Assembly (NCBI GenBank): GCA_044221725.1
Contig: JBGAON010000005.1
Coordinates: 256,001-320,000, forward strand
Direction: 5' to 3'
Source of the DNA: Elusimicrobiota bacterium
GTDB taxonomy: Bacteria > Elusimicrobiota > Elusimicrobia > F11
DNA length: 64,000 nt
Shown here: positions 48,707 through 57,377 of the stretch, piece by piece
How the letters are laid out: each line of letters starts with the position of its first letter
How positions within the stretch are numbered: position 1 is the first letter of the stretch
Translations under genes and position numbers: made by a program
The notes under the pieces: model-generated
Told to the model about the DNA's origin: nothing
Seen by the model: the letters and a program-made list of their open reading frames with translations, nothing else
Databases searched by the model: none

Positions 48707-49735
48707 CTAAACCGGGATTTTGCTGATATTTTTTAGATTCGGTAGATATGTCACAGCTTCTTTCAGGCTCGACGGCAACAAATGCGCGTAAATCTGTGTC
48801 GTGACGACAGTCGAGTGTCCCATCATCCGGCCAATTCGTAAAAGATCGACCCCCGCCATCGCCAAATGCGACGCAAACGTGTGCCTCAGCGAGTGGAGTG
48901 ATCCCTTATTGATTCCGGCGCGCTTAAGTATTCGCGAGTAGGATTGGGAGAACGCGATCTCTTTGTAGTACCAGGGGATAACGCGGCCCTCTCCGTTTTG
49001 TGAGGCAGCGCGCCAAATTTTGAGATGTTCGATCAACGCCGGGTGCATGGGAATTTCGCGCTCCTCCCGGTCCTTCGGGTGCCACTCTTCGTTCGGCTTG
49101 ATACGCACAATCCCCGCTTGGAAATCCACGTCTTCCCACTTCAAGTTAAGCATCTCGCCACGCCGAAGCCCCAGATAGACCCCCAGATTAATGGCCGTTT
49201 GCCATAACGGATCCGCCGCCTTGAGAAGCGAATCGATTTCCTCCAGAGTGTAGAACACGGGGCGCTTTTTTACAGTCGGCATTTTTCGAACGCCCCAAAT
49301 GTTGGAAGAGGCGTAGCTCCATTCGCCAGCTTTCTTCATGGCGGACTTGACCGTGACCAATTCGCGGTTGATGGTGGAGGCTTCAATCCCTTGATTCTTT
49401 CTGGTGAGCTTGAAGTCTTCCAAGTACTCTGGCGTCAAATCTCGTAACGTCCTTATAGGCATATATTTTCTGATGTTGGAAAAGACGACCCGAACTCGCA
49501 CCACAGATGCGGGGGCCATGTTGGCCTCGCAATAGTTCATGTATTGAGCTACAAAATCCTCCCAGAGGATTTCTTTTTCCGCTCCGTTCTTTTTGGCGTC
49601 GAGCCTTTTCTCGATGTCAGCCATTTCAATCCGCGCCAGGCGGATATTGCTTCCCAGTGATTTTTCCTTCACCTTCCCGTCTTCCCGCCAATAGGCGGAA
49701 TACGAATTTCCTCGTTGCCGTAATGCGACTGCCAT
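48707..49735 (-). CDS. Tyrosine integrase with N-terminal arm-binding-like domain
   Basis: GLRRGE, HSLRHTFAS, MGH, TQIY. N-terminal RGNSYSAYWREDGK..KSLG. Confidence 0.95.
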   Translation of the reverse strand: MAVALRQRGNSYSAYWREDGKVKEKSLGSNIRLARIEMADIEKRLDAKKNGAEKEILWEDFVAQYMNYCEANMAPASVVRVRVVFSNIRKYMPIRTLRDLTPEYLEDFKLTRKNQGIEASTINRELVTVKSAMKKAGEWSYASSNIWGVRKMPTVKKRPVFYTLEEIDSLLKAADPLWQTAINLGVYLGLRRGEMLNLKWEDVDFQAGIVRIKPNEEWHPKDREEREIPMHPALIEHLKIWRAASQNGEGRVIPWYYKEIAFSQSYSRILKRAGINKGSLHSLRHTFASHLAMAGVDLLRIGRMMGHSTVVTTQIYAHLLPSSLKEAVTYLPNLKNISKIPV

Positions 49736-49738
49736 AAG

Positions 49739-49942
49739 TCAGACCCCCCGTTTTATTATTCGATGCAGACGAACCCACTGCTCCAACGCCTCCATCTCGA
49801 CGCGAATAATCCGCTCTCCGGATTTTACCGCCCGAATTTTTCGAAGGCGAATCCATTCCCTCAACGTGTAGGGGGAAACGCGAAGCCATGCGGAGGCTTC
49901 TTTAACGGTGAGTAGTTTGTTCGTCTGCCCTGTTGTTTCCAC
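49739..49942 (-). CDS. Excisionase/HTH_17 DNA-binding protein
   Basis: LLTVKEASAWLRVS..TLREWI...KIRA.K.G..IR; directly upstream of the integrase. Confidence 0.88.
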   Translation of the reverse strand: METTGQTNKLLTVKEASAWLRVSPYTLREWIRLRKIRAVKSGERIIRVEMEALEQWVRLHRIIKRGV

Positions 49943-49996
49943 TCAGACCTACCTTCTTCTGATCAAGGCCATCAAGTCAAAGATTTTCAACGGAGG

Positions 49997-51364
49997 CTAT
50001 GCCAAGTCTTCGACGTAGCTGATTCGCGGAGCAATTCGCATTTCCTGGACCGCCTGAAGGCTCATATATAGCGCGTCCAGGAGATCGTCGCGGCCGCGGG
50101 GAAAATTGACGAGTTCCTCTTCCAAATCCGGCAAGCTCTCCGGCAACCGAATGGCTCCATTTTCAAAGAGGACAGCGAGGCTTCGGATGCGCCGCTGTTT
50201 GTCGCCCGTGGTCGTGATGCCTTTGATGGGCAGGCGGGCGGTCGCCTCATCGACGCGCAACACCTGAAGCATGGATTGTTGGTAAGCGTTATTCTCTATG
50301 CAAACCAAGGTTGGTTTCCAAATGTGGCAGAACCGCTTGATAGTTGTGACTTGTTCCGGGAATTGAATATGAGCTCGGGTTGCTTCTAAGACGTAGGCAT
50401 CCTTTTCGCCTTTTGGAATGCCGACAACAACGTATCCAAACCTTGAATGGGACTCCTTGGATCCGGACGCCAAATCAACGCCGATGTAAATATTCATGTC
50501 TTCGGGCCGCACGGTATAACGGCAAGAGCGAAGCCATTCCTGCTTAAACTCACTTTCCTGTACGGCGACATCGTTCAGCATTTGTAGGGAATAAGAACTG
50601 GCTCCCATCATGTTCCTTAACTCTTCCAGCTTTTGTTCCGAGAACCGTTCGGGGAAAAGAAAATGTTTCTTGCCCTCTTCGTCTTTCCACTCGGCGCGCT
50701 GGACAATCTTTTTCCAATGATTAAATCCAGGCGTGCTGAGTATGTGGCCGTAAAGGTCCTGCTGGTGCCATCGTGTGCCCACGATGCAAAGCTGACCGTC
50801 AGGCTCAAGCGATGGAAGGATGACACCGGTAAACCAGTCCAGTAATTTCTCTCGTTGCCCGGGCGCGTAGGATTTGGTGTTGGCCACCACGTCGTCCAGA
50901 ATGATGAGATCGTTGTGCATGGAAACCAGATTGCCCATCACACCGCCACAGGCAATGGATGGTTCCTTCACAACACGGGACCGAGGAATGGTGATGCTGT
51001 CTTCCGTCCACTTGGCGGCATTGGCATCCCAAGTGCCGTGGAGCTTTCGGAAGTTCTCATTCATGGTGATGTGCTGTTTGATCGCGTCCAATAGCTTCCG
51101 CGCAATCCCTTGCGTTTCGGCGATTATGAGAACGCGCAGATTGAGGTTTCTGGCCAGCCGCCAAAGCGGATAGCACGTGGTGACGACGGTCGACTTGAGA
51201 TGGCCACGTGGAGCCAACAATAGGAGGTATTGGTTCTCCAACAACGCTTGGTACCAGTCGATGTGAAGTCGAGTGAGCGCCTTGTAATCCAACACGTCCC
51301 GGCTGAACGCGAAAAGATCCTCAAGATGATCCACCGGCAGGTTTATTTTCTCTGGCTGTTTCAT
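49997..51364 (-). CDS. terL: Phage terminase large subunit
   Basis: Walker A-like APRGHLKST, Walker B LIILDD, GTRWH, nuclease GVDLA, ENNAYQ, DDLLDA. Confidence 0.9.
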   Translation of the reverse strand: MKQPEKINLPVDHLEDLFAFSRDVLDYKALTRLHIDWYQALLENQYLLLLAPRGHLKSTVVTTCYPLWRLARNLNLRVLIIAETQGIARKLLDAIKQHITMNENFRKLHGTWDANAAKWTEDSITIPRSRVVKEPSIACGGVMGNLVSMHNDLIILDDVVANTKSYAPGQREKLLDWFTGVILPSLEPDGQLCIVGTRWHQQDLYGHILSTPGFNHWKKIVQRAEWKDEEGKKHFLFPERFSEQKLEELRNMMGASSYSLQMLNDVAVQESEFKQEWLRSCRYTVRPEDMNIYIGVDLASGSKESHSRFGYVVVGIPKGEKDAYVLEATRAHIQFPEQVTTIKRFCHIWKPTLVCIENNAYQQSMLQVLRVDEATARLPIKGITTTGDKQRRIRSLAVLFENGAIRLPESLPDLEEELVNFPRGRDDLLDALYMSLQAVQEMRIAPRISYVEDLA

Positions 51365-51600
51365 GATTCGGCCCCCTCGATCAATGGTTGTTCAAAGAAT
51401 CGTTCTAAATGTTGGTCCGCGTTTTCATAGGGAGAAATTCGTGAGTTAGAACGCTGTGGGAAACGGTTACCCCTTTGTGTTCGAGAGGCGGGCGAGAGGG
51501 GAGCATCCCCGCATCGATGGGCAAAATTTACGCTTTTCAAAATGCCCTCCTCGAAATTCCTCTTTCCCGACGGAGAAATGTCAATTGAATGTGCATTCAA
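51361..51600 (-). CDS. Small hypothetical protein
   Basis: Fills the gap with 4-nt start/stop overlaps to both neighbours; no recognisable motif. Confidence 0.35.
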   Translation of the reverse strand: MNAHSIDISPSGKRNFEEGILKSVNFAHRCGDAPLSPASRTQRGNRFPQRSNSRISPYENADQHLERFFEQPLIEGAES

Positions 51601-52193
51601 TTGCCTCCAGGCGCACCACGTTGCGCCGTTTCGGTGGTGTTGCCGATGGATTTTGGGCCGGCGGGATCAGCGGCCGCCTCCCTTTTTTGTGGTTCGAGAC
51701 CAGAGGCGCCTAGGTTCGTTTCGACGATTTTTTCTTTCAGGGGGTCGGCGGATTTCACTTCCTTGTGCTGGCGAAGGATCATGAGCGTATCCTCGCTCGC
51801 CGACCAGCCTGAAGAAGCAGGAGCGCTTTGGGCCTTGAGGGCTTGCGCGGCCTGGGACATTTTGTCGGCCAAAACCGCAATGGTGAGCGCCAAATCGCGG
51901 ATGCCCTGCGGTTTTTCTTTTTTGAGTTCGCCATCAAGCCGATGGAAGGTCAATCCAATGCTTGTCCAGCAGTGATCGATGAACGCTTTTGACCGCTTGT
52001 CTGTTTTGGATTGGAGGGAGGTCGGCATGCGGGACGTTAGGGATTGATCCGCGTGACTCTTCCAATAAGACAGAAGCCCCTTGCTGATGCCCAACTCTTT
52101 GGCAACGTCGGTGAGAGGTTTGCCCGCGGCCAATTTCGCCAATGCTCCTTTGATTTTTTCCGGGCTGTGACGCTGGGGACTTTTATTTTTCAT
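51597..52193 (-). CDS. HTH protein, candidate terminase small subunit
   Basis: N-terminal HTH (GKPLTDVAKELGISKGLLSYW) followed by helical segments, upstream of terL. Confidence 0.65.
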   Translation of the reverse strand: MKNKSPQRHSPEKIKGALAKLAAGKPLTDVAKELGISKGLLSYWKSHADQSLTSRMPTSLQSKTDKRSKAFIDHCWTSIGLTFHRLDGELKKEKPQGIRDLALTIAVLADKMSQAAQALKAQSAPASSGWSASEDTLMILRQHKEVKSADPLKEKIVETNLGASGLEPQKREAAADPAGPKSIGNTTETAQRGAPGGN

Positions 52194-54091
52194 TGGGGTT
52201 GGCCTCCATTTGGTTTGGGAGGAGGCAGAACAACGCGTGACCCGGGGAAGTGATCTTGCGCCATTTTGATCACTTCGACGGATTTTTCGTCGTAATACTG
52301 GCGAAGCACTTTCTCGTGGTCATCAGAACCATTTTCCAGCGCGGTGGGGATATCAAGAGGAAGTGAACCTGTGAACCTAGGTGAACTATTCTCCCTCGTC
52401 CTATTATTGGACTCATCAAGGAGGTCCGATTTAGGTTGGGGTGAAAAAGGTTCACTGACGTTCACAGGTTCACTTTTGGGGGAGGGGGCTTTTTCCCCAT
52501 TTCCCCCTTTTACCCCTACCGCATACCAACGCTCAGCGGATCGTCCCGCCGTGGGAACTTGTCTGAAGTACACTAAACCGCGGGTTTGTAGAAGGCCAAG
52601 GGCGGAACCGAGACTCCCGGATTTGTGGTGACCAAAAAGACGAGAACTGATTTCGGTCCGGGTCAAACCTTCGGGAGATGAGCGCAAAATGGAGAGGACT
52701 TCATCCGCCAATGGATTTCCGAGACTGTCGCCAAATATGTACAAGGCTGATTCTTCCGCGTAGCGCCACACTTCGAGCGCAGCTTCAAGGTGTTCTTTTC
52801 TGATGACGGTTGATTGATCGAGGAGCGCATAGATCAGCGCCAAACGCATCACCTGAGCCTCGGCGCGAGAGATCACAGCGCCGAACAGACCTGGCTTACC
52901 CTCCGACAGTTTCTCGTATACCTCACGCCACAGCTTTCGAGCCTCAGGATCGCGCACAATGCACGTGCGCCCCAATTGTTGAGCAAACATCGCCGCTTTT
53001 TCAAACGCGAGATCCAATGGGCCAAAATCGACCGACCCAATGTCTCCACCCTCCGGCAGAACTTTTGACCGGCGGACACAGAAGAAAAGAATGCGGTTTG
53101 CAAAGCCATTGCCGATCTCCGTTCGATCCAAATAACGGCACAACTCCTCCTTGGTAATGTGACCGCACATACTGATGTGAGCCTCGGTGGCTTTGGCGGG
53201 GGTGTTTTTGGTGAGAATACGAAGCCCACCGGTGTCCCACGCCTGGCGCACGACACCTGAGAGGCTGTTGCCATCGCGTTCCAGGACTCGCAACGTGGTG
53301 GCGAATTCCGGCTGAAGAGCCATGAGCCTCTTGTCAGAGACACCAGGATCAACTTCAACCATCTGGTAATCTTCAACTTTCCCTTTCTTTTTGATGGGTT
53401 CTCGCTGCTGCACCGCGTCACGCACTGCATAGATGAGTCCTTCACCGGAAGAAAGTCCTGTTTGTACGCAGTCGTCGACCCAATGACCGTCTATGGCTCT
53501 CATTCGTTCGCGGACATGTCCCCAAGACGTTCCTTTCCGGCCCTTCGCTGTCTCGCCGACCAAAACCGCGAAGAGGTTGGTGAAGTGACAGTCGGCTTCT
53601 GCTCTAAAGTGCGCCCCTCGGCCCACCACATTGCCGAAGGCTACGAGTAGCTGGCTAAGGAGACCGACACGATCCGCCTCGGTATGAGGCTCCACCAAAC
53701 GGACAAATTGTCCAGCAAGACCATGGAAGGCCTGCTCGCCCAAGGGTGACGGCCATTTTTGAGAAAACACTGTGGGGGAAGAAGGGGGATATGGGGAATA
53801 AGGGTCTGGTGCGTAGCGGCTGATGCTTTCGGAAATGGTTTTAATCTCTTTTTCAGGGAGCGGTGGAGAGCAGTGGTGTTTATTTTCTTCCATCAGCGCG
53901 GCCAGGATGGCCTCTTGACCCATCCCTTTCCGGCGCATAGCGCCCGCCATGCTGGCAAGGCTTGCGTTTCTAGACCCTTCTGGAATCAATGCCGCCCCAT
54001 TCATGGCCGGATGTGGCGCGGTTGGGAGTAAAAGCCCGTTTGTGAGCCAAGCGGGAGCCGGGGCCAGTGGCGTTAAATCGTTGGTTTCCAT
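52190..54091 (-). CDS. Primase C-terminal (PriCT-1) + DUF3987/YfjI-like P-loop protein (downstream part of split primase)
   Basis: EGSRNASL...AG.M...CSPPL...E...I..S, GETAKGRKGTS, SSGEGL, and a C-terminal winged helix. Confidence 0.8.
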   Translation of the reverse strand: METNDLTPLAPAPAWLTNGLLLPTAPHPAMNGAALIPEGSRNASLASMAGAMRRKGMGQEAILAALMEENKHHCSPPLPEKEIKTISESISRYAPDPYSPYPPSSPTVFSQKWPSPLGEQAFHGLAGQFVRLVEPHTEADRVGLLSQLLVAFGNVVGRGAHFRAEADCHFTNLFAVLVGETAKGRKGTSWGHVRERMRAIDGHWVDDCVQTGLSSGEGLIYAVRDAVQQREPIKKKGKVEDYQMVEVDPGVSDKRLMALQPEFATTLRVLERDGNSLSGVVRQAWDTGGLRILTKNTPAKATEAHISMCGHITKEELCRYLDRTEIGNGFANRILFFCVRRSKVLPEGGDIGSVDFGPLDLAFEKAAMFAQQLGRTCIVRDPEARKLWREVYEKLSEGKPGLFGAVISRAEAQVMRLALIYALLDQSTVIRKEHLEAALEVWRYAEESALYIFGDSLGNPLADEVLSILRSSPEGLTRTEISSRLFGHHKSGSLGSALGLLQTRGLVYFRQVPTAGRSAERWYAVGVKGGNGEKAPSPKSEPVNVSEPFSPQPKSDLLDESNNRTRENSSPRFTGSLPLDIPTALENGSDDHEKVLRQYYDEKSVEVIKMAQDHFPGSRVVLPPPKPNGGQPQ

Positions 54092-54609
54092 TTATAGATG
54101 CCTCCGCTGATGTGGACGCTGGGTGGAGCCACCACATAGCCACCATCTCCTCGGATGTCGATCCCCGGCAAGAGGTCGACCCTGTTTTTCATCGGTTTAT
54201 CGCACGGATGGAGAAAATAAAGGTGTCGCCCTCCACCACCGGTGGCGCATTCAAGCGTGGCCGTCAACGGGCCTTTGCTGACCTCAAGCTCGGCCAGCGA
54301 CACATCTCCGCCCCGCGCTGGGTCAATATCCAACACGACAATATTGCTGACCATGCCTGTCGCAATGCCGATGTTCGCTTCCGGCCAACGACCCCACCAA
54401 TTAAGGATGCGGGCCTCGTTGGTGGTGGCCTCCAACACCCCGTGTTTAACCCGTGGGTGTTTGGCTGGGCTCGAGCATTTGGGATTCCCGCAGGCGCACC
54501 CGCCACGGCCGTCCGGTTCGTAAACCGGAAAAATTGGCCAGCCCTTCCGATTGATGTAATCGAGGGCGGCCTCGCGCTTGGTGATCGCTGTTTTAATCGA
54601 TATTTGCAT
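54073..54609 (-). CDS. Prim-Pol bifunctional primase/polymerase domain (upstream part of split primase)
   Basis: GWPIFP, KHP, WP.ANIGIATG, LDID, TGGGGRHLYF, DIRGDGGYVVAPPS. RBS GGAG precedes the ATG at 54609. Confidence 0.9.
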   Translation of the reverse strand: MQISIKTAITKREAALDYINRKGWPIFPVYEPDGRGGCACGNPKCSSPAKHPRVKHGVLEATTNEARILNWWGRWPEANIGIATGMVSNIVVLDIDPARGGDVSLAELEVSKGPLTATLECATGGGGRHLYFLHPCDKPMKNRVDLLPGIDIRGDGGYVVAPPSVHISGGIYKWKPTI

Positions 54610-54622
54610 TCTCCTCTCCCAC

Positions 54623-54674
54623 AAAAAAAGGCGCTGTCATCGGCGGATCAAATAACCCGCCAACAACAGCGCCT
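54623..54674 (-). terminator. Intrinsic terminator upstream of the primase operon
   Basis: 18-bp stem AGGCGCUGUUGUUGGCGG/CCGCCGAUGACAGCGCCU with three G-U pairs, followed by a U-run. Confidence 0.85.
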
Positions 54675-54694
54675 CGGTTTGTCCGACAACGCTA
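54667..54694 (-). promoter_or_regulatory. Candidate antiterminator hairpin overlapping the terminator 5' arm
   Basis: UAGCGUU-G-UCGG-ACAAA-CCGA-GGCGCUG folds into a bulged hairpin that sequesters AGGCGCUG. Confidence 0.65.
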
Positions 54695-54699
54695 AATAG

Positions 54700-54876
54700 C
54701 TATTGTTTTTTTGATAATTCTCGTTTCAATTCTTCCAACTTCATGCTCCGTTCTTCTTGGATCCGGCAGATGCGGCCATCCTCCCAGCTTAGAACCACTT
54801 TCCCATAGAAGCGACGCTGGCGCATAAGGCGAACCCACTCAAGTAAAATTTCCTCAGGGATGGGCCCACCGCTCAT
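54700..54876 (-). CDS. 58-aa YezD/DUF2292-like micro-protein (absent from the ORF track)
   Basis: Translated manually as MSGGPIPEEILLEWVRLMRQRRFYGKVVLSWEDGRICRIQEERSMKLEELKRELSKKQ. GGAG lies 6 nt upstream; pattern FYG-beta-DG-beta-E..K. Confidence 0.75.
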   Translation of the reverse strand: MSGGPIPEEILLEWVRLMRQRRFYGKVVLSWEDGRICRIQEERSMKLEELKRELSKKQ

Positions 54877-54972
54877 TTGATGCTCCGCATGTTCATAGTT
54901 CTCATATTCAACTCCAAATCCCTATATGTTAGCGATATATGTACAAAAGCTACCTCAAAAGGCAAAAAAATA

Positions 54973-55974
54973 TCAGGCCGTATAAAGCTCAAGTCCCTCC
55001 GGGGTATAAACCTCAGACAAAGTCCAGGACTCGAGCGCTTTTTTCAATTTTTTATCGCCCTTCGCAGCCCACCCCAGCGACCGGCACAGTGTCCGCGCCA
55101 GCAATGCGCTAAGCGTGGCCTGAGCCCCGCTGTAGGCTTCGATGGTTTCTTCCCGGTTTCTCTCTTTGGCAACGTACAAGTCATAGTGGATGCGGGAGGT
55201 GACGTCCTCCCAACTTTTTTGAAAGCGGAGAAGATAGCGTGGATCAACATCCAGTTTTCCTTTGGACCGGACAAAGCAAACCATGTCCAATAATTGGAGG
55301 AAGGCGACGCGGGAATCGACGGCATGCCCAGACGTATTGAGTATCCGAAGCGGAACATCCGACAACTCATTGCGAAGTTTCTCGCTTTCGATTCGAGCGA
55401 TTTCCTCTTCCTTCATTCGCGGGAGGTTCTGTTTATGGGAGAGATCGTTTATGGCTTTTTGAATTCGTTTGTGCGCTTCCTCTTGAATAAGCCATCCCCA
55501 CCGGTCGTCAGCGAGTCGGATCTGCAATGTCAGCCGCTTTAAACTCATAGCCTCATAGTCCCGCGTATAGTTATCCTTTCGCCCGTTGATCCCGACGAAG
55601 GCATAGAAGTGATTGAGATCGTCGAGGAAAATCTTAAAAAAGGCGTCGAGGTATTCGTCTCGTAATTGAATGATTCCTTGTTTGAATAGGTATTCGGCCA
55701 GCCACTTCCGAATCTGCGTATCGGAGCATCCCACGATGCGACCGATCTCGGCCAGCGTCCGGCGCCGCGTTGATTTCCAAAGAAGCATTTGGAGTTGAGC
55801 ATTGAATTTCTTCTGTGTCAGTGGCCGAGTTTCATCGCGGGGAATACCGGTGCGGGGTTGTTCTTCGAATGATTCTGACTTGCGCTGCATAAATAGAAGA
55901 AGATCAACGTCGGAGAAAAAATCCCGACGCGTTTTGTATTGGGGTGGAAGAAATCGGTCCGGCCCATTAACCAT
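54973..55974 (-). CDS. HTH-containing putative regulator
   Basis: RTLAEIGRIVGCSDTQIRKW helix-turn-helix followed by a long helical region. Confidence 0.7.
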   Translation of the reverse strand: MVNGPDRFLPPQYKTRRDFFSDVDLLLFMQRKSESFEEQPRTGIPRDETRPLTQKKFNAQLQMLLWKSTRRRTLAEIGRIVGCSDTQIRKWLAEYLFKQGIIQLRDEYLDAFFKIFLDDLNHFYAFVGINGRKDNYTRDYEAMSLKRLTLQIRLADDRWGWLIQEEAHKRIQKAINDLSHKQNLPRMKEEEIARIESEKLRNELSDVPLRILNTSGHAVDSRVAFLQLLDMVCFVRSKGKLDVDPRYLLRFQKSWEDVTSRIHYDLYVAKERNREETIEAYSGAQATLSALLARTLCRSLGWAAKGDKKLKKALESWTLSEVYTPEGLELYTA

Positions 55975-56012
55975 AGTAGCGATAAACTACTATACGCTAC
56001 TAAATATGTCAA
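55974..56012 (-). promoter_or_regulatory. sigma70 promoter with overlapping inverted-repeat operator
   Basis: TTGACA (56012-56007)-17-TAGTTT. Inverted repeat tagtagcg (55974-55981) / cgctacta (55995-56002). Confidence 0.6.
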
Positions 56013-56028
56013 TTGAAAATATTGAGAG

Positions 56029-56913
56029 CTAAAACCGTGGGTGAGCTTGCTGGCAGGTTTCTCGAAGGGCTTGATGATTGAGATTCAAATAGCGTTGTGT
56101 TGACGTCAGATTGGAATGCCCCAACAATAATTGAAGCGAACGCAGATCCGCTTTTCCCTGGAGCATGTGCACGGCGAACGAATGGCGCAATAAATGAGGA
56201 TAAACGCGTCGCGTTATCCCAGCGCGGGCCGAATACCGTTTGAATTTTCGCCAAAATCCGTTCTTTCCAAGCCGGGTCCCGGATCGCGTTAAGAACAGTG
56301 CGCTACACCCATTCCCGGATTTGTCGGTTCTTCTTTGCAGATAAGCTCGCAGTGACTTAATCGCCTTCGTTCCAATCGGGACCAACCGTTCCTTTGATCC
56401 TTTGCCTTTCACTTTGATGTAGCCATCGTCCAAGTGGAGATGTTCGACGTTCAGACCGATAGCCTCGCCGATACGAAGTCCGCAATAAAGAATTTCCAGA
56501 ATCGCCTGATCTCTCGTCCCCAAGAAAGTCGACTGCGAAGGAGCCGAAAGTAATCGCTCAACTTCCTCCACCGACAAGGGTTCCACAACGGAGATCTTCA
56601 ATTCGGGCAATATCAGCCCGACCGTTGGGTCAAATTCCGCGTAACCCTTTTCAACCAGAAACCGATGAAATGATCGAATCGCGATGGTGGCGCAGAATCG
56701 GGTGGTTGGGCTCAACCCACGATGGCTCAACTCTCCAACGTATCTATTTGTCAACTTGCTGGTAGCAATAATGGGACCCGAATTCGCTTCTTGAAGGAAT
56801 CGGCCATAAGCCTCCAGGTGATGGCTGTAGGTGATGGCAGTATTTTCGGAGAGCCCGCGATCACTCCGTAGATGATTTAGAAATTCGGACAGATATTCTT
56901 TATGAAAGTTCAT
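56029..56913 (-). CDS. XerD-like tyrosine recombinase
   Basis: RGLSENT...Y, RDQAILEILYCGLRIGE, KGKGSKERLVP, HLLRHSFA, LGH, TQRY. Start placed at MNFHKE. Confidence 0.92.
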   Translation of the reverse strand: MNFHKEYLSEFLNHLRSDRGLSENTAITYSHHLEAYGRFLQEANSGPIIATSKLTNRYVGELSHRGLSPTTRFCATIAIRSFHRFLVEKGYAEFDPTVGLILPELKISVVEPLSVEEVERLLSAPSQSTFLGTRDQAILEILYCGLRIGEAIGLNVEHLHLDDGYIKVKGKGSKERLVPIGTKAIKSLRAYLQRRTDKSGNGCSALFLTRSGTRLGKNGFWRKFKRYSARAGITRRVYPHLLRHSFAVHMLQGKADLRSLQLLLGHSNLTSTQRYLNLNHQALRETCQQAHPRF

Positions 56914-57376
56914 GGCCGTTTGCCTTGGGCTTGAGGACTCGAACGTGTTTCTTGTCGTCCTTTTCGATTTTCCATGCCTTACGAGAGAAGGAAACCATGC
57001 GGGCGCGCACGTTGGCCTCAACATCTTTGCCCTTGGCGAGATCCGCCGCCTGTTTGATGGCGAGCGCGGCGATTTCCTTCACGGTTTTTCCGCCAGCGAA
57101 TAGCATCGGATCGATAGTCGCCGAGAGAGATTCTTTGTTCGATTTTCGACCGCCTTTGCTCCGACCGCCCCCATTGGCGCGGATCAAGGTTTTCGCTTCC
57201 TTGCTGATCTGCGATTCCTTGTAGGATTTTAGTTCGTAGTTTTTAGAGACTTCGATGTCGTTTTCCGATCCGCCGATCTTCAAAACCACCTTATCGTTTT
57301 TGTGACCGACAACGGTGACCGGCGTCCCTTTTTTTGACAGATACTTTTGACCTACTTTTGCGTCGATGGCGTTCAT
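56900..57376 (-). CDS. Lys-rich hypothetical protein (SH3-like N-terminus, winged-helix-like C-terminus)
   Basis: Strong RBS AGGAGG; KVGQKY...VTVVG beta pattern; GKTVKEIA...NVRARM helix pattern. Confidence 0.75.
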   Translation of the reverse strand: MNAIDAKVGQKYLSKKGTPVTVVGHKNDKVVLKIGGSENDIEVSKNYELKSYKESQISKEAKTLIRANGGGRSKGGRKSNKESLSATIDPMLFAGGKTVKEIAALAIKQAADLAKGKDVEANVRARMVSFSRKAWKIEKDDKKHVRVLKPKANGHELS

Positions 57377-57377
57377 A

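Noticed and set aside
54067..54699. 210-aa plus-strand ORF opposite Prim-Pol
   Set aside because: It is antisense to a motif-rich gene and has no recognisable features.
48707..57376. Complete prophage
   Set aside because: No capsid, portal, tail or lysis genes are recognisable.
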